Origin: Candidatus Hecatella orcuttiae
GTDB lineage: Archaea > Thermoproteota > Bathyarchaeia > Hecatellales > Hecatellaceae
Length of the DNA: 64,000 nt
NCBI GenBank assembly: GCA_002011035.2
Contig: MTLY02000002.1
Span: forward strand, 384,001-448,000
Direction: 5' to 3'
Positions 11,013 to 21,508 of this stretch are shown here, one piece after another. The position numbers were made by a program, and so were the translations under genes. The notes under the pieces were generated by a model. It was not told the origin of the DNA, made no database searches, and saw nothing but the letters and a program-made list of their open reading frames with translations. Positions within the stretch are counted from its first letter, which is position 1, and each line of letters starts with the position of its first letter.

Positions 11013-11465
11013 ATGGAAATAAAGACAACTGTGAATGGGCGTCTCTATAAGCTTGACATACCTCCCAATTGGAGTTTGGCTTATGTCTTGCGGAAAAAAC
11101 TCGGATTGATTGGAATAAAACTTGGCTGTGAAACAGGTGAATGTGGTTCATGTACGGTTCTTCTCAACGGGGAACCAGTTAACTCTTGTCTTGTGCTGGG
11201 GGTTGAAGCTGATGGTAAAGAAATACTGACGATAGAGGGTCTCTCGAAAAATGGTGAACTTCATCCCTTGCAAAAAGCCTTCATCGAGCATGGAGCCGTT
11301 CAGTGTGGATTCTGTACGCCTGGAATGATCCTATCGGCTAAGGCTTTGTTGGATAAAAATCCAAATCCCACAGAACAGGAGATCAGAGAAGCTTTGGCCG
11401 GAAACCTTTGTCGGTGCACAGGCTACGTTAAACCAGTGAAAGCTATTCTTTCGGTGAGAAAATAG
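11013..11465 (+). CDS. Xanthine dehydrogenase family [2Fe-2S] small subunit
   Basis: GCETGECGSCTV...SCL, QCGFCTPG, GNLCRCTGY. Confidence 0.93.
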   Translation: MEIKTTVNGRLYKLDIPPNWSLAYVLRKKLGLIGIKLGCETGECGSCTVLLNGEPVNSCLVLGVEADGKEILTIEGLSKNGELHPLQKAFIEHGAVQCGFCTPGMILSAKALLDKNPNPTEQEIREALAGNLCRCTGYVKPVKAILSVRK

Positions 11466-11674
11466 GCTCCTATTTTTTTCCTCAGGAGAATACGCCCGAA
11501 ATTTAGAAAAAACCCTCTAGAGCTCAATGATGGATGAGATTGAAAACTGAGCCTGAGCTGCCTTACGCTTAACTAAAAGACGTGAAAATCGAATAAGTCC
11601 CCTTCTCTTAGTTTAGGTAAAACTTAAATTTCTAATGTAGTTATGGAAAGACGAGGACTTGGCGGGGATAACTG

Positions 11675-12067
11675 GTGAAGAGAAGTTTCAGAGTTAACGT
11701 TGAAGGAAAGATATTTACTGTGGAGGTTGAGGAAATAGGCGGAGAAGAGGCCGCGGTTAAGCCTATTTCGGTGGAGAAACCCTCACTGGAGGCTCCAGCA
11801 CCTTCAGCCAGATTGGTGGAGGAAGCTCCTGCCCCTCCTTCCGCGAAGGTTATGGAACGAGTGGTTACAGCTCCTCTAGCTGGAGTTGTCGCCTCCATAA
11901 AGTGTAAGGTTAACGACAATGTGAAAGCCGGAGAGCCTTTACTGAGTTTAGAGGCTATGAAGATGGAAAATGAAATCCTATCCCCAGTGTCAGGGATTGT
12001 TAAGAGAATAGCCGTGGCAGAAAAGCAGGATGTAAACGAAGGCGACGTTCTGGTAGAGATCGGATGA
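11675..12067 (+). CDS. Biotin carrier subunit of a Na+-translocating decarboxylase (MmdC/GcdC-like)
   Basis: EAMKMENEI biotinylation motif after an Ala/Pro linker. Confidence 0.9.
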   Translation: MKRSFRVNVEGKIFTVEVEEIGGEEAAVKPISVEKPSLEAPAPSARLVEEAPAPPSAKVMERVVTAPLAGVVASIKCKVNDNVKAGEPLLSLEAMKMENEILSPVSGIVKRIAVAEKQDVNEGDVLVEIG

Positions 12068-12102
12068 TACTGAAGTAAAATTTTGCCCTATAATCCAGCT
12101 GG

Positions 12103-12369
12103 ATGGAAACCATGGATTGGAATTTTGCCTTACGAATAATGAGTTCAGGGCTTTCTGCTGTTTTTATCACCCTTTTCCTCCTTTACTTGGTGATGAAGGC
12201 AGTGGAGAAGATTTTCAGCAAGCTTGAAGCCCCCGCTGCTCCTCCGGAGCTGGAAGCTGGTGAAGTGGTGGTGGACATGAAAGAAATCGCAGCTATAACC
12301 GGAGCCATCTACGCCTACTTGGAGGGGAAGGAGAAAACACCTTCCAGTTCAGCTCTAGATAGGAGGTAA
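12103..12369 (+). CDS. OadG/MmdD-like membrane anchor subunit
   Basis: One N-terminal TM helix (GLSAVFITLFLLYLV) and EIAAITGAIYAY. Confidence 0.8.
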   Translation: METMDWNFALRIMSSGLSAVFITLFLLYLVMKAVEKIFSKLEAPAAPPELEAGEVVVDMKEIAAITGAIYAYLEGKEKTPSSSALDRR

Positions 12370-12465
12370 GAATCTTGGTTATCTTAGTTTTTTCGGAAGT
12401 AGATACAATCTGGGAGAAGTTTATGATGGAAATAGAGCGGTGCGAAGAGAGGAGGGCGAAGTAGC

Positions 12466-13566
12466 TTGTTTGGGGTTTTTGAGACAGGCTTTGAGGTGTT
12501 AACCCTAGGCCAGATAATAATGCTTCTCATCGGGTTGCTTCTCATCGGGTTGGCGATTAAAAAGGAAATGGAACCCCTTATATTGCTGCCCATAGGGTTC
12601 GGAGTAATCATAGCCAATCTGCCTCTCACCGGCCTCACGGAAGAGGGGGGGCTTCTTCAACTCATATACAATTATGGGCTTGCTTGGAATTTCATACCAC
12701 CCCTCATCTTCTTGGGACTAGGTGCCTTAACTGACTTTTCCCCGTTGCTGGCCAATCCGAAGACAATTCTTCTCGGCGCGGCTGCGCAGGTTGGAATCTA
12801 CGTTGCCTTCTTCGGAGCCTTGCTATTGGGCTTCTCTTTTGGAGAAGCAGCTTCTATAGGGATAATCGGCGGCGCCGACGGGCCGACGACGATCTATGTC
12901 ACGTCAACGCTGTCTCCGCATATTCTGGGTGCTACCGCTGTGGCTGCCTACTCCTATATGTCATTGGTGCCCATAATTCAACCCCCCATCATGAGGGCGC
13001 TTACTACGGAGCGGGAGCGGAAAATTGTAATGAAAAGCTTGCGCCCAGTTAGGAAGACTGAGAGAATAGTCTACCCGCTGGTGGCGACTGTAATAATTAT
13101 ACTGCTGGTTCCCCACTCCGCGCCGCTCATCGGCATGTTGATGTTCGGAAACCTCCTGAGGGAAAGCGGCGTCGTGAAAAGGCTTGCGGAAACAGCGCAA
13201 AATGAGTTGATGAACATACTGACTATTTTCCTCGGAATCGCCGTGGGAGCGTCCATGTCAGCTCAAGTTTTCCTAACGCCTCGAACCATCCTCATCTTTG
13301 CCTGGGGCATCGTTGCCTTCGCTGCCAGCACCGCCGGAGGGGTGCTTTTCGCCAAACTGATGAACCTCGTCTGCAAAGAGAAGGTGAATCCTCTGATAGG
13401 CGCGGCGGGAGTCTCAGCCGTGCCCATGTCAGCTCGAGTTGTGCAGAAGGTGGGCCAGAAAGCAGACCCCGACAACTACCTGCTGATGCACGCCATGGGG
13501 CCCAACGTGGCCGGGGTTGTAGGTTCAGCCATAGCCGCAGGTATCTTTCTGGGAATGATCGGGTAA
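12466..13566 (+). CDS. oadB: Na+-translocating decarboxylase beta subunit
   Basis: [56 protein letters not shown]. Confidence 0.93.
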   Translation: MFGVFETGFEVLTLGQIIMLLIGLLLIGLAIKKEMEPLILLPIGFGVIIANLPLTGLTEEGGLLQLIYNYGLAWNFIPPLIFLGLGALTDFSPLLANPKTILLGAAAQVGIYVAFFGALLLGFSFGEAASIGIIGGADGPTTIYVTSTLSPHILGATAVAAYSYMSLVPIIQPPIMRALTTERERKIVMKSLRPVRKTERIVYPLVATVIIILLVPHSAPLIGMLMFGNLLRESGVVKRLAETAQNELMNILTIFLGIAVGASMSAQVFLTPRTILIFAWGIVAFAASTAGGVLFAKLMNLVCKEKVNPLIGAAGVSAVPMSARVVQKVGQKADPDNYLLMHAMGPNVAGVVGSAIAAGIFLGMIG

Positions 13567-13709
13567 AGTTTTTTCTTATCTTTTCATGCATAATTTTATT
13601 CAATTAAACCAGATTGTCATCGAAGTAGGTGTCGAAAACAAATTTGTAATGAATTGATAACAATATTTAGATACTAAAACCAAGTTAAGTTCTTTTTGGT
13701 GCTTTAAGC

Positions 13710-15113
13710 ATGTCCGAGAAAGTTGATCAGCCACGTAGAAGTGCGTTGAAATATGGTGTTGCGGCTATCGTTGCTGCTGTAGTGGCAGGTGTTGGCGGCT
13801 ATGCCGCTTGGCAGGCTACAAAACCTGCGCCAGCTCCCACTCCTACCCCTACTCCTACTCCTACCCCTACACCTACACCAACCCCTACACCCGCGCCTCC
13901 GGTCGAAGCTCCTGAAACAATAAAGATAGGTTTAAGTCAAGCGTTAACCGGTTGGCTGGCTGACATTACTCGAAGGGTTGAAACTATCAGGTCGATGATG
14001 ATCGAGTACATCAACACGGAGCGGGGAGGGGTTTATGTTGAAGAGTACGGGCAGAGTATACCGTTGGAGCTTATAATGCTCAACGACGAAGGAACAACCG
14101 AAAAGGCCATAAAAAACGTTGAACGCCTCATCACCGTGGAGAAGGTTCATCTCCTTTTCCACTCCTACGGAACCTTCCAGTCTATGGCAGCTTACCCTGT
14201 GGTTCAAGGATATGAGGTACCGATGATTCTAGACGACCACTGCCCCGTTCAGGTAAGCTGGCGGGATATCGTTGAAGAAAAGAAAGTAGTTCCCAAGAGC
14301 ATGTTCTGGACGATGGACCATTCTTATAGGGCTATGGAGGCTTTGATGAACTTCATGAAGGAAGTAGGCGTTTCTGATATAGCCATTCTGGAGATAGAAA
14401 CGCTGTTCGGAGCAGTTAACAGGGAGCCGCTGGAATACCTATGCGAACAGGAAGGCATTGACATAGTTCTCCACAAAACTTACCCCATCGACGTAAAAGA
14501 CTTCACAGGTGTACTTCTGGATATTCAGGCCAAAGACCCAGACGGCCTTGTAGGGTTAACTTATCCAAGAGATGGGTGGTTAATGACGGAGCAGCTCATC
14601 GAGTTAGACGTGAACCCCAGAATGTTTTACAATGCCCTTGGAGTGCAGAATCCTGACTTTGTGAAAAGGTTCGGTGAGCAAGGAGAAGGCATCATCGGAA
14701 TGGGCGGCTGCATGTACGCTCCCTTCGCCCCTTGGAAGAGCCCTACAGGCCTGGGCTGCAAAGATGTTTGGGACATGTACTTGGAGAAGTTCGGCGAAAC
14801 CTTAGAATCCCAAGACGGGGCATGGGTTCTGATGTCTCTTGACGCTGCGGTCTCAGCCATCGAGAAAGCCGGCACACTGGACCCCATAGCGATCTCCGAC
14901 GCTTTGAGAAATTACGATCATGAGACATTGGGAGGCATCTGTCACTGGAAAGATACCGAGTGGTCCAACACGGGCTATAACGTACCTCAGTACATGAGCG
15001 CTGAAGCGGCTGCTCAAGGAATCTTCGAAGTGGTGGCGCAGTCTTGGAGCTACGCGGGAATCGATACCACAACCGCTAAGCCACTGTATCCGAAGCCCAA
15101 GTGGAAGAGGTAG
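13710..15113 (+). CDS. LivK-type substrate-binding protein with Tat-like signal/anchor and Pro-Thr linker
   Basis: PRRSALKYG twin-arginine plus TM, (PT)n linker, IKIGLSQALTG, VERLITVEKV. Confidence 0.85.
   Translation: MSEKVDQPRRSALKYGVAAIVAAVVAGVGGYAAWQATKPAPAPTPTPTPTPTPTPTPTPTPAPPVEAPETIKIGLSQALTGWLADITRRVETIRSMMIEYINTERGGVYVEEYGQSIPLELIMLNDEGTTEKAIKNVERLITVEKVHLLFHSYGTFQSMAAYPVVQGYEVPMILDDHCPVQVSWRDIVEEKKVVPKSMFWTMDHSYRAMEALMNFMKEVGVSDIAILEIETLFGAVNREPLEYLCEQEGIDIVLHKTYPIDVKDFTGVLLDIQAKDPDGLVGLTYPRDGWLMTEQLIELDVNPRMFYNALGVQNPDFVKRFGEQGEGIIGMGGCMYAPFAPWKSPTGLGCKDVWDMYLEKFGETLESQDGAWVLMSLDAAVSAIEKAGTLDPIAISDALRNYDHETLGGICHWKDTEWSNTGYNVPQYMSAEAAAQGIFEVVAQSWSYAGIDTTTAKPLYPKPKWKR
13836..13892 (+). 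repeat. Low-complexity CCNACN repeat encoding a Pro-Thr linker
   Basis: About nine degenerate hexamer units (cctact/cctacc/cctaca). Confidence 0.9.
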
Positions 15114-15202
15114 TCTCAATCTATCTCCCCTTTTCTTTTTTTTAGAAAAATTTTTTAGCTGATGCCAAGATACTGGTTTCCCAGATATAATGGGTGTGAA
15201 TC

Positions 15203-16237
15203 ATGGCTGTCAAGGTAGGTGTTTCCGGTTACGGGACCATTGGGAAACGTTTGGCTGAAGGTGTTGTGGCTCAGAAGGACATGGAGCTGGTGGGGGTAGC
15301 CGATGTAGCTCCCACTCTACCCGTCAAGTCGTTAAAAGCTAGGGGAATGCCCTACAAGCTCTACTGCGCAGACAAAAACAGGCTTCCCGACCTAGAGAAG
15401 GCCGGAATCCCCGTTTCCGGCATGCTGGAAGACCTCCTGTCGCAGGTGGATATCATCTTGGATTCTACACCTGCGGGAGTCGGCGCCAAGATGAAGAAGT
15501 TCTACGTCGAATACGGCGTCCCCGCGATCTTCCAGGGAGGCGAAAAGGGTGAAGTTGCAGATGTTTTCTTCCACGGCTACGCCAACTATGAGAAGGGTCT
15601 GGGGAAGAAATATCTCCTCCTAACCTCCTGCAATACCACAGGCCTCATCAGGGCTGTGGACTGTCTGGATAGAGCCTTCGGCGTCGAGAAAGTAGCCATC
15701 ACCATCATTCGCAGGTGTGCGGATCCAGGGGACCTTCACCGAGGGTATGTGGACTTGGCTAAGGTGGACCCTGTTCCAAGCCACCAAGCCACGGATCTCA
15801 TGGAGATCATGCCGCATGTCAAGGCTACGGGGCTGTTGGTGCATGTTCCCATAACTCACGGTCATATCATAAATGTGGTGGCAACGCCGAAAAGGAAAAT
15901 CACCAAGGAAGAAGCGTTGGCGGAATTCCACAGGCATCCCAGGATCCATGTGGTTAAGATATCTGAAGGTTTCGCCTCTAACACAGCGCTCTTTCAGTTC
16001 TCTAGGTTCACCCACAGGCCTTGCGCAGACATGTATGAGATAGCTGTCTACGAGGAGACCATAGGCTTTTCCGGAGATGACATAACCTTCGCCATCTACA
16101 TACCGCAGGAAGCTGTAACCATACCTGAAACCATCGACGGCATCAGGGCTTCGCTGCAAATGCAGAAAGACCGTCTTGAGGCTGTATCCGCAACTAACAG
16201 GCATCTTGGACTGGAGCCCAAAAAGCCCCTCTATTAA
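15203..16237 (+). CDS. gap: Archaeal type II glyceraldehyde-3-phosphate dehydrogenase
   Basis: GYGTIGKR, FQGGEK, SCNTTG catalytic Cys motif. Confidence 0.92.
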   Translation: MAVKVGVSGYGTIGKRLAEGVVAQKDMELVGVADVAPTLPVKSLKARGMPYKLYCADKNRLPDLEKAGIPVSGMLEDLLSQVDIILDSTPAGVGAKMKKFYVEYGVPAIFQGGEKGEVADVFFHGYANYEKGLGKKYLLLTSCNTTGLIRAVDCLDRAFGVEKVAITIIRRCADPGDLHRGYVDLAKVDPVPSHQATDLMEIMPHVKATGLLVHVPITHGHIINVVATPKRKITKEEALAEFHRHPRIHVVKISEGFASNTALFQFSRFTHRPCADMYEIAVYEETIGFSGDDITFAIYIPQEAVTIPETIDGIRASLQMQKDRLEAVSATNRHLGLEPKKPLY

Positions 16238-16293
16238 CCAGCTCCCTCAGGTAGCCGTTAGGAAGACAGTTTCTCCGCAGGGGGAAACAGCTT

Positions 16294-17556
16294 TTAAGAG
16301 GAGCGGCTCAGATATCTTTTCGCCGCTTTCTTCAGCGCGGTTACCACCGGAAGCTCCTCGCCTGAAAGGTATCTGACTAAGGCCCCTCCGCCTGTGCTTA
16401 CGTAGGAAACCTTATCGCGGAGGCTGTATTTTTCCAGAGCAGTTACGGAGTGCCCGCCTCCCACAACTGAGAATACTCCGGATTCCACTATTACTTTCAA
16501 GAGTCTTTCTGTGCCGGAGGCAAACTCTTCCCTTTCAAACATGCCCGGGGGGCCGCTGAAGAAAACTGTCTTCGCTTTCTTGATCATCTCCGAATATTTT
16601 TCAACAGTCTTCTTGCCTATGTCCATCACAGGACTGTCGGTGGGCAGGGAGGAAGTTTCTATCTCCATCCTGCCGTTCTTGTCGACGGCTAGGTCCGTTG
16701 GGAATTCGATTTTATCCCCGTAGGTGTCCAGCAGGTGCTTGGAGGCTGAAACGTATTTCTCGTAGTGCATTTCCTTGATAAGCGACTCCGTGGGGTCGCC
16801 TAGGCTATATCCTGAAGCCTTCAACATCAGCAAGCCGATGATTCCGGAGGTCAGCAGCTTATCGGCCACGCCTCTCTTAAGGACAGGTTCCATCATGACG
16901 TATCTGTCGGAAATCTTGCTCCCGCCTAGGAAGAAAACACACGGCCTTTCAGGGTTATCCCTGATCTTACTGAGGGCTCTCAGCTCGGCCTCCAATGCTC
17001 TCCCCGCCACCGCGGGAAGAACCTCCGCAAAGCCGACGAGGGAAGGCTGGGATTTGTGAGCCGCAGCGAAGGCGTCGTTGATGAACACATCCGCCAGCGG
17101 GTAGAGCTTCTGAACGAGCAAGGTTTGAGCCTGTTCCTCTGGAGACCGGGTGATGGTGTCTTCGAACAGCCTGGTGTCTTCGCTGAAGTATCTGGTGTTC
17201 TCCAACACCAGAACCTCCCCCTCTCCCAGTTTCCTTATCGCCTCCCGGGCGGCAGGCCCGAAGATGTCGTCGATGTACTTCACCTCTCTGCCCAGTATGC
17301 CGGAGAGAATCCGCGCGTGCTGCTCCAACGGTATGAACTGGTCTAGAAACAGGGGGTCTCCTTGGTGCGCTAAGATTACCACCTTGGCTCCTTTTTCCAG
17401 AAGCTCCTTTATGGTTTTTTCATGCGCCCTGATCCGGAAATCGTCTAGAATTTTTTTAGTTTTAGGATCTAAGGCGGAGTTGAAGTCCACCCTGAGAAGC
17501 ACGGTCTTACCGTGGAAGTCGAAATCGTCCATGGTTAAAATTTCTCCGTCGATCAT
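16294..17556 (-). CDS. pgk: Phosphoglycerate kinase
   Basis: LRVDFN, LAHQG, LENTR, NDAFAAAH, GGGH, STGGGA. Confidence 0.95.
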   Translation of the reverse strand: MIDGEILTMDDFDFHGKTVLLRVDFNSALDPKTKKILDDFRIRAHEKTIKELLEKGAKVVILAHQGDPLFLDQFIPLEQHARILSGILGREVKYIDDIFGPAAREAIRKLGEGEVLVLENTRYFSEDTRLFEDTITRSPEEQAQTLLVQKLYPLADVFINDAFAAAHKSQPSLVGFAEVLPAVAGRALEAELRALSKIRDNPERPCVFFLGGSKISDRYVMMEPVLKRGVADKLLTSGIIGLLMLKASGYSLGDPTESLIKEMHYEKYVSASKHLLDTYGDKIEFPTDLAVDKNGRMEIETSSLPTDSPVMDIGKKTVEKYSEMIKKAKTVFFSGPPGMFEREEFASGTERLLKVIVESGVFSVVGGGHSVTALEKYSLRDKVSYVSTGGGALVRYLSGEELPVVTALKKAAKRYLSRSS

Positions 17557-17740
17557 TCTTCGTTTACCTCCAAGATTTCAAGGCCGCATGTTACATGGTT
17601 TATTGACAGCTTCTCAGATTATAAAAGTTGCCATGGTTTATGGCGCCCACTGTAGCGGTATCCTATTGAAGTGTTTCCTTTCCTAGAACTGTTGAGGGAA
17701 AGGTACATTTACTATCTTTTTTGAGGTTTCTGGGTTTTCT

Positions 17741-18067
17741 CTAACCGCCTTCTATCGGTGCTAAGATTTTCACCCATTCTCCGTCTTTCAGTTTTTTGGT
17801 AGGCTTATCGATTCCCGCTATCAGTTCCCTGCTGATCACAAAAGGGTACATTTCTAGGTATTTTTTGGCTTCAGCTCCATACTTTTCACCGAGATGCTCT
17901 ATCAGAGTCTTCACGGTGGCTCCGGAAGGCAGCGTAATGCTCTCGCATTTAACGCCCCCTACTATAGGTGAAAACCATCCGTACTCTATGAACACTTTAA
18001 TCTGTGTTGGACCGCTGTTTTCACCCAATCTATTTTCCCGGAGGCCGTAACCCGCGAGAATTTTCAT
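17741..18067 (-). CDS. MoaD/ThiS/SAMP ubiquitin-like protein
   Basis: Beta-grasp pattern ending LKDGEWVKILAPIEGG with C-terminal GG; start uncertain. Confidence 0.8.
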   Translation of the reverse strand: MKILAGYGLRENRLGENSGPTQIKVFIEYGWFSPIVGGVKCESITLPSGATVKTLIEHLGEKYGAEAKKYLEMYPFVISRELIAGIDKPTKKLKDGEWVKILAPIEGG

Positions 18068-18146
18068 TCTACCCTCTTATTAAGGTAACGTCCGTTTTCT
18101 CTTGACCTTTCAGCTTGTGGGTGTGCAAGAATTTCCCAGGCTGTGT

Positions 18147-18458
18147 TCAGAGGGCGTAGACGTCTTGGTTTTCGTCGACCTTGAGCTCTATCTTGGTTAA
18201 GCTTTTGTTCAACTCGAAGAGGGAGCTGTGCCTGTACACGGAGCCGTCTTCTACGTTGAACAGGGAGAGATGGCATTCGCAGAGCATTTTGTTGAGCTGT
18301 TCATCCCATTCGATGTTTCCCCCTTCATGGGGGCAAACGGTAAGGTAGGCCACCAGCTTGCCCCCTTTGGTTCGAACGAGAATGGCTTTTTCGCCCTTAT
18401 AGTTGAAGGTTAGAGAGCCTCCGGGTTTAACGTCCTTAAGGTTGGCTATTTTCTCCAA
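18147..18458 (-). CDS. Rieske [2Fe-2S] ferredoxin
   Basis: CPHEG and CECHLS ligand boxes; start moved to TTG at 18458. Confidence 0.85.
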   Translation of the reverse strand: MEKIANLKDVKPGGSLTFNYKGEKAILVRTKGGKLVAYLTVCPHEGGNIEWDEQLNKMLCECHLSLFNVEDGSVYRHSSLFELNKSLTKIELKVDENQDVYAL

Positions 18459-18522
18459 GGATCTCCCTTCTCCCTCAGCGCTTCTTAGCGAATAAAGATA
18501 AGGATGTAACTTAAAAGGTTCC

Positions 18523-19170
18523 CTATAAAACAAAGACTGCTTGGGCTCCGTACTTCAGCAGAAAGTATGCACCGAAAAAGAACAGCGCTCCAGCGCAGCC
18601 TAACGTTAGAGGTTGATGAAGACTCGAGAGCATGCCCCTCCCACGCCAGACAACTTGGGAGAGGCCAGAGTACCAAGCGAGGTCGGCGAGAAAGTGCCCC
18701 GCCACCCAGAAGCTCAGGCCTAGGACAGCGGAGACAGCGTAGGCTTCCATCATCATCGCCAACCCAACGGTGGCCCACCAGAGAGCGACACTGGGATTCA
18801 GCGCGGTGCTGAAAAGGACGCCGCCTACCACTGGGTGGGTTCTCAATCCGAGGCTCTGCGCGGGAACAAGGAGGCTGCGCTGCCTTCCAGCCTTCAACAG
18901 AGTGAAGAGCGCGAAGGTAATGAGGAGAATACCGCCGATGATGCCCACAGCGGTTTGGAAAGCCCAGACGCTGAGGATGAAGCCGAGGCCGGTGAAGATA
19001 AGGGCGATGATTCCCCCTTCTACTAAGATGTGCCCTAGGGCTGTGAGGGGCCCTGCCTTGGCTCCGTAGGAGGGGGTTTTAGTTAGGAGGAAGACGGAGA
19101 GGGGGCCGGGGATGAGGGCGCCTGAAAGAGCCACTACGAACCCTATGCCTAGTTGGTATATTTCTATCAA
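18523..19170 (-). CDS. LysE-family exporter
   Basis: SGALIPGP, GHILVE, NPSVALWW. Confidence 0.85.
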   Translation of the reverse strand: MIEIYQLGIGFVVALSGALIPGPLSVFLLTKTPSYGAKAGPLTALGHILVEGGIIALIFTGLGFILSVWAFQTAVGIIGGILLITFALFTLLKAGRQRSLLVPAQSLGLRTHPVVGGVLFSTALNPSVALWWATVGLAMMMEAYAVSAVLGLSFWVAGHFLADLAWYSGLSQVVWRGRGMLSSLHQPLTLGCAGALFFFGAYFLLKYGAQAVFVL

Positions 19171-19201
19171 CGTAGGGCCCGAGGCGCTTTCGTAGGCCGG
19201 A

Positions 19202-19999
19202 TTATTTTTTTAGAACTTCCCTGAGGGGGACTATTTCTATTCCTTCTTCTTCCAGCCTTTTTCTCACGGTTCTGACGACTTCAGGTGCGTTGGACGGGTC
19301 TCCGTGCATGGTTAAGGTTTCTGCCTCCATCTTGATGATGGTTCCGTCTATGGCGGGGATTTTCCCTTCCTTGACAACCATCAAGGCTCTCTCAGCCACA
19401 ACGTTCGGATCCCAGTTTTTCTTCACCCTTTCGATGATCCAGTCTCCCTGCTGGCTGTAGTGCAAGTCGACCATGGCGTCGCGTGCCACCCTCACGCCTT
19501 TTCTTTTAGCCACCACATGCGCCTTAGATCTTTCCTCGCTTTCCGTGATGAATATGAGCTCCGGGTCGACGTCTCTAACGCCCTCGATTATCGCCTCAGC
19601 TAAGGCTTCATCTCTTTCCACCATGGCGTAGAGGGTGCCATGGGGCTTAATATGCTCAAGCTTAAGCCCCTCCGCTTCTGCGAAAGCCTTCAAAGCACCC
19701 AGCTGGTAAACGATGTAGTTTCTCAGCTCATCGGGTGTTATTTTAATCTCTCTCCTACCAAAACCAGCCAAGTCCGGAAGCCCAGGGTGAGCGCCCACGG
19801 CTACGCCGTATTTTTTTGCAAGCCTGACTGTAGCCCTCATGACCATGGGGTCTCCGGCGTGGAAGCCGCAGGCGATGTTCGTGGAGCTCACATACTTCAT
19901 GACTTCTTCGTCATTTCCGATCTTGTATCTTCCGAAGCTTTCACCCATGTCGACGTTTATGTCAATCCGTTTAGCCACTTCAATCCACCTATCTTTCAC
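19202..19999 (-). CDS. pxpA: 5-oxoprolinase subunit A (LamB/YcsF family)
   Basis: DINVDMGESFG, NIACGFHAGDP, GAHPGLPD, HIKPHG, HGD. Confidence 0.9.
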   Translation of the reverse strand: MKDRWIEVAKRIDINVDMGESFGRYKIGNDEEVMKYVSSTNIACGFHAGDPMVMRATVRLAKKYGVAVGAHPGLPDLAGFGRREIKITPDELRNYIVYQLGALKAFAEAEGLKLEHIKPHGTLYAMVERDEALAEAIIEGVRDVDPELIFITESEERSKAHVVAKRKGVRVARDAMVDLHYSQQGDWIIERVKKNWDPNVVAERALMVVKEGKIPAIDGTIIKMEAETLTMHGDPSNAPEVVRTVRKRLEEEGIEIVPLREVLKK

Positions 20000-20081
20000 T
20001 GGTCTTCAGCGAATTTAAATCTTAGCTCACGGGTGTGCCGCAAAACAGGTTGCGGATGAAGTTAAAGATTTAGAAAAAATA

Positions 20082-21350
20082 TTAACCTAAGAGGTAGGCT
20101 TGGAGGCCCAGTTTTTTCGCAGCCTTTACCAAAAAGTCGCTGTGGTCTCCGTAGCTTAAAACTTGATGGTTGCCTGAGTTCTCCAGAAAATCTCGGGCTT
20201 CACAGTCCAGTTTAACGTCGGCTTGAGTTCGGCAGAGCTTCCAGTGGCCGAGCTGAGACTCGGTCAGCCTTCCAGTGGCAATCACAAGCTTCGGAGGGTT
20301 GAGGGTCAGGTGGGCTAGGGTTACTTTCCCCCTTCTCATAGGGACGTCCAACGCCACACCTGAGCCGGATTCGAAATGGTTTCGGATTCGAACCAAGCCT
20401 GCTGGCTCTGAAAGCTTGAGGGGAGCTGCGCAATGGGTTAGGGCTACAACTCCGTTTATCTGGTCGAGTTTGGCGGCGTTGGCCATCCACAGGGGTTCGG
20501 GGGTTACGTATCTGAGGAGAAGCATGAGGAGGAGGGACGGAAAATCAGCTTCGCAGACTCCGGGGATGCCTTCGTCGCTGAGGAATGCCAGGGGGACGCA
20601 GGGGTTCATGCCGGTATGCCTCAGAAACCTGTAGCAGTCCACGGTTACCGCTTTCAGGTCTTCCTCCAAGGCCACCTGCCTCATGGCTAGGTAGAGTTTA
20701 GCCATTTTCTCTAGGTCTTTCCGAGAAGGCTCCACCACCTCCGCATTCTTCAGTTTACTCTTCAGAACATGTTCAGCAGACTCGGCTGGAATCTTCGAGG
20801 TTGTCGCCTTCAGCACCTCCACGGAAACCGGAACTGTTTCCACTTGAAACCGGTCTCTGAAATACCGGATCACAGCTTGATAGGGGGGAAGTTCTTCTTC
20901 CTCCACGAAAAACCCAACCTTGATGTTTCTGAGGGCCTTCGCCGCGCCGGAGGCGTAGGTTTCTGAAACTATCTCCCGGGGGGCTGCGGACAGGTTGTTG
21001 TAGACGAAGGTGGCCTTCCAAGCCTGTTTCTCCATCAGCTTCTCTCTGGCGTCCAAGGCGGCTGGGAGGCTGTTGTTTTCATGATAGCTCCACATCGTCC
21101 ATTCCTTACCGGCCATGAGCTCCGTGGCTAGGGTGCTGGTGCCGCCGCTGGCGATGAAGATCACCACCGCGTCGAACTCTTCGGTTTTGGCTGAGGGAAA
21201 CTCCCCAGCCTCTCTGATGGGCTTCCGGGGGCCGAAGACTTTTATTCCCGATTCCTCCAGCAGAGACCTAGCTCTGATGATGGGGCCGGGAACCCTCTCC
21301 ACATGTAGTGGGGAGGCTATGGGTATCAGGTAAACAGAAGGCTTTTCCAA
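20082..21350 (-). CDS. L-fucose/L-arabinose isomerase-like protein
   Basis: GVCEAD, THC, HFESG, CRTQ, GNHQ motifs of the FucI C-terminal family. Confidence 0.7.
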   Translation of the reverse strand: MEKPSVYLIPIASPLHVERVPGPIIRARSLLEESGIKVFGPRKPIREAGEFPSAKTEEFDAVVIFIASGGTSTLATELMAGKEWTMWSYHENNSLPAALDAREKLMEKQAWKATFVYNNLSAAPREIVSETYASGAAKALRNIKVGFFVEEEELPPYQAVIRYFRDRFQVETVPVSVEVLKATTSKIPAESAEHVLKSKLKNAEVVEPSRKDLEKMAKLYLAMRQVALEEDLKAVTVDCYRFLRHTGMNPCVPLAFLSDEGIPGVCEADFPSLLLMLLLRYVTPEPLWMANAAKLDQINGVVALTHCAAPLKLSEPAGLVRIRNHFESGSGVALDVPMRRGKVTLAHLTLNPPKLVIATGRLTESQLGHWKLCRTQADVKLDCEARDFLENSGNHQVLSYGDHSDFLVKAAKKLGLQAYLLG

Positions 21351-21508
21351 CCTTGGGCTCCCTCGGTTATCCTTCCCTTTTAGAGGGTTTCAGTTTTAGG
21401 TCTTTCAGCACTGCGAGTAAATAAGGTTTTTCAAGGCTACTTTTTTGTCGATGGTAATTTTTAAATCGTTGAACCACAGCTTAGCTAAGGATTGAAGGCG
21501 GAGACGCT

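Noticed and set aside
11470-11670. Possible remnant of a decarboxylase alpha subunit upstream of the biotin carrier
   Set aside because: Only a few residues of vague similarity amid stops; cannot be supported without a search.
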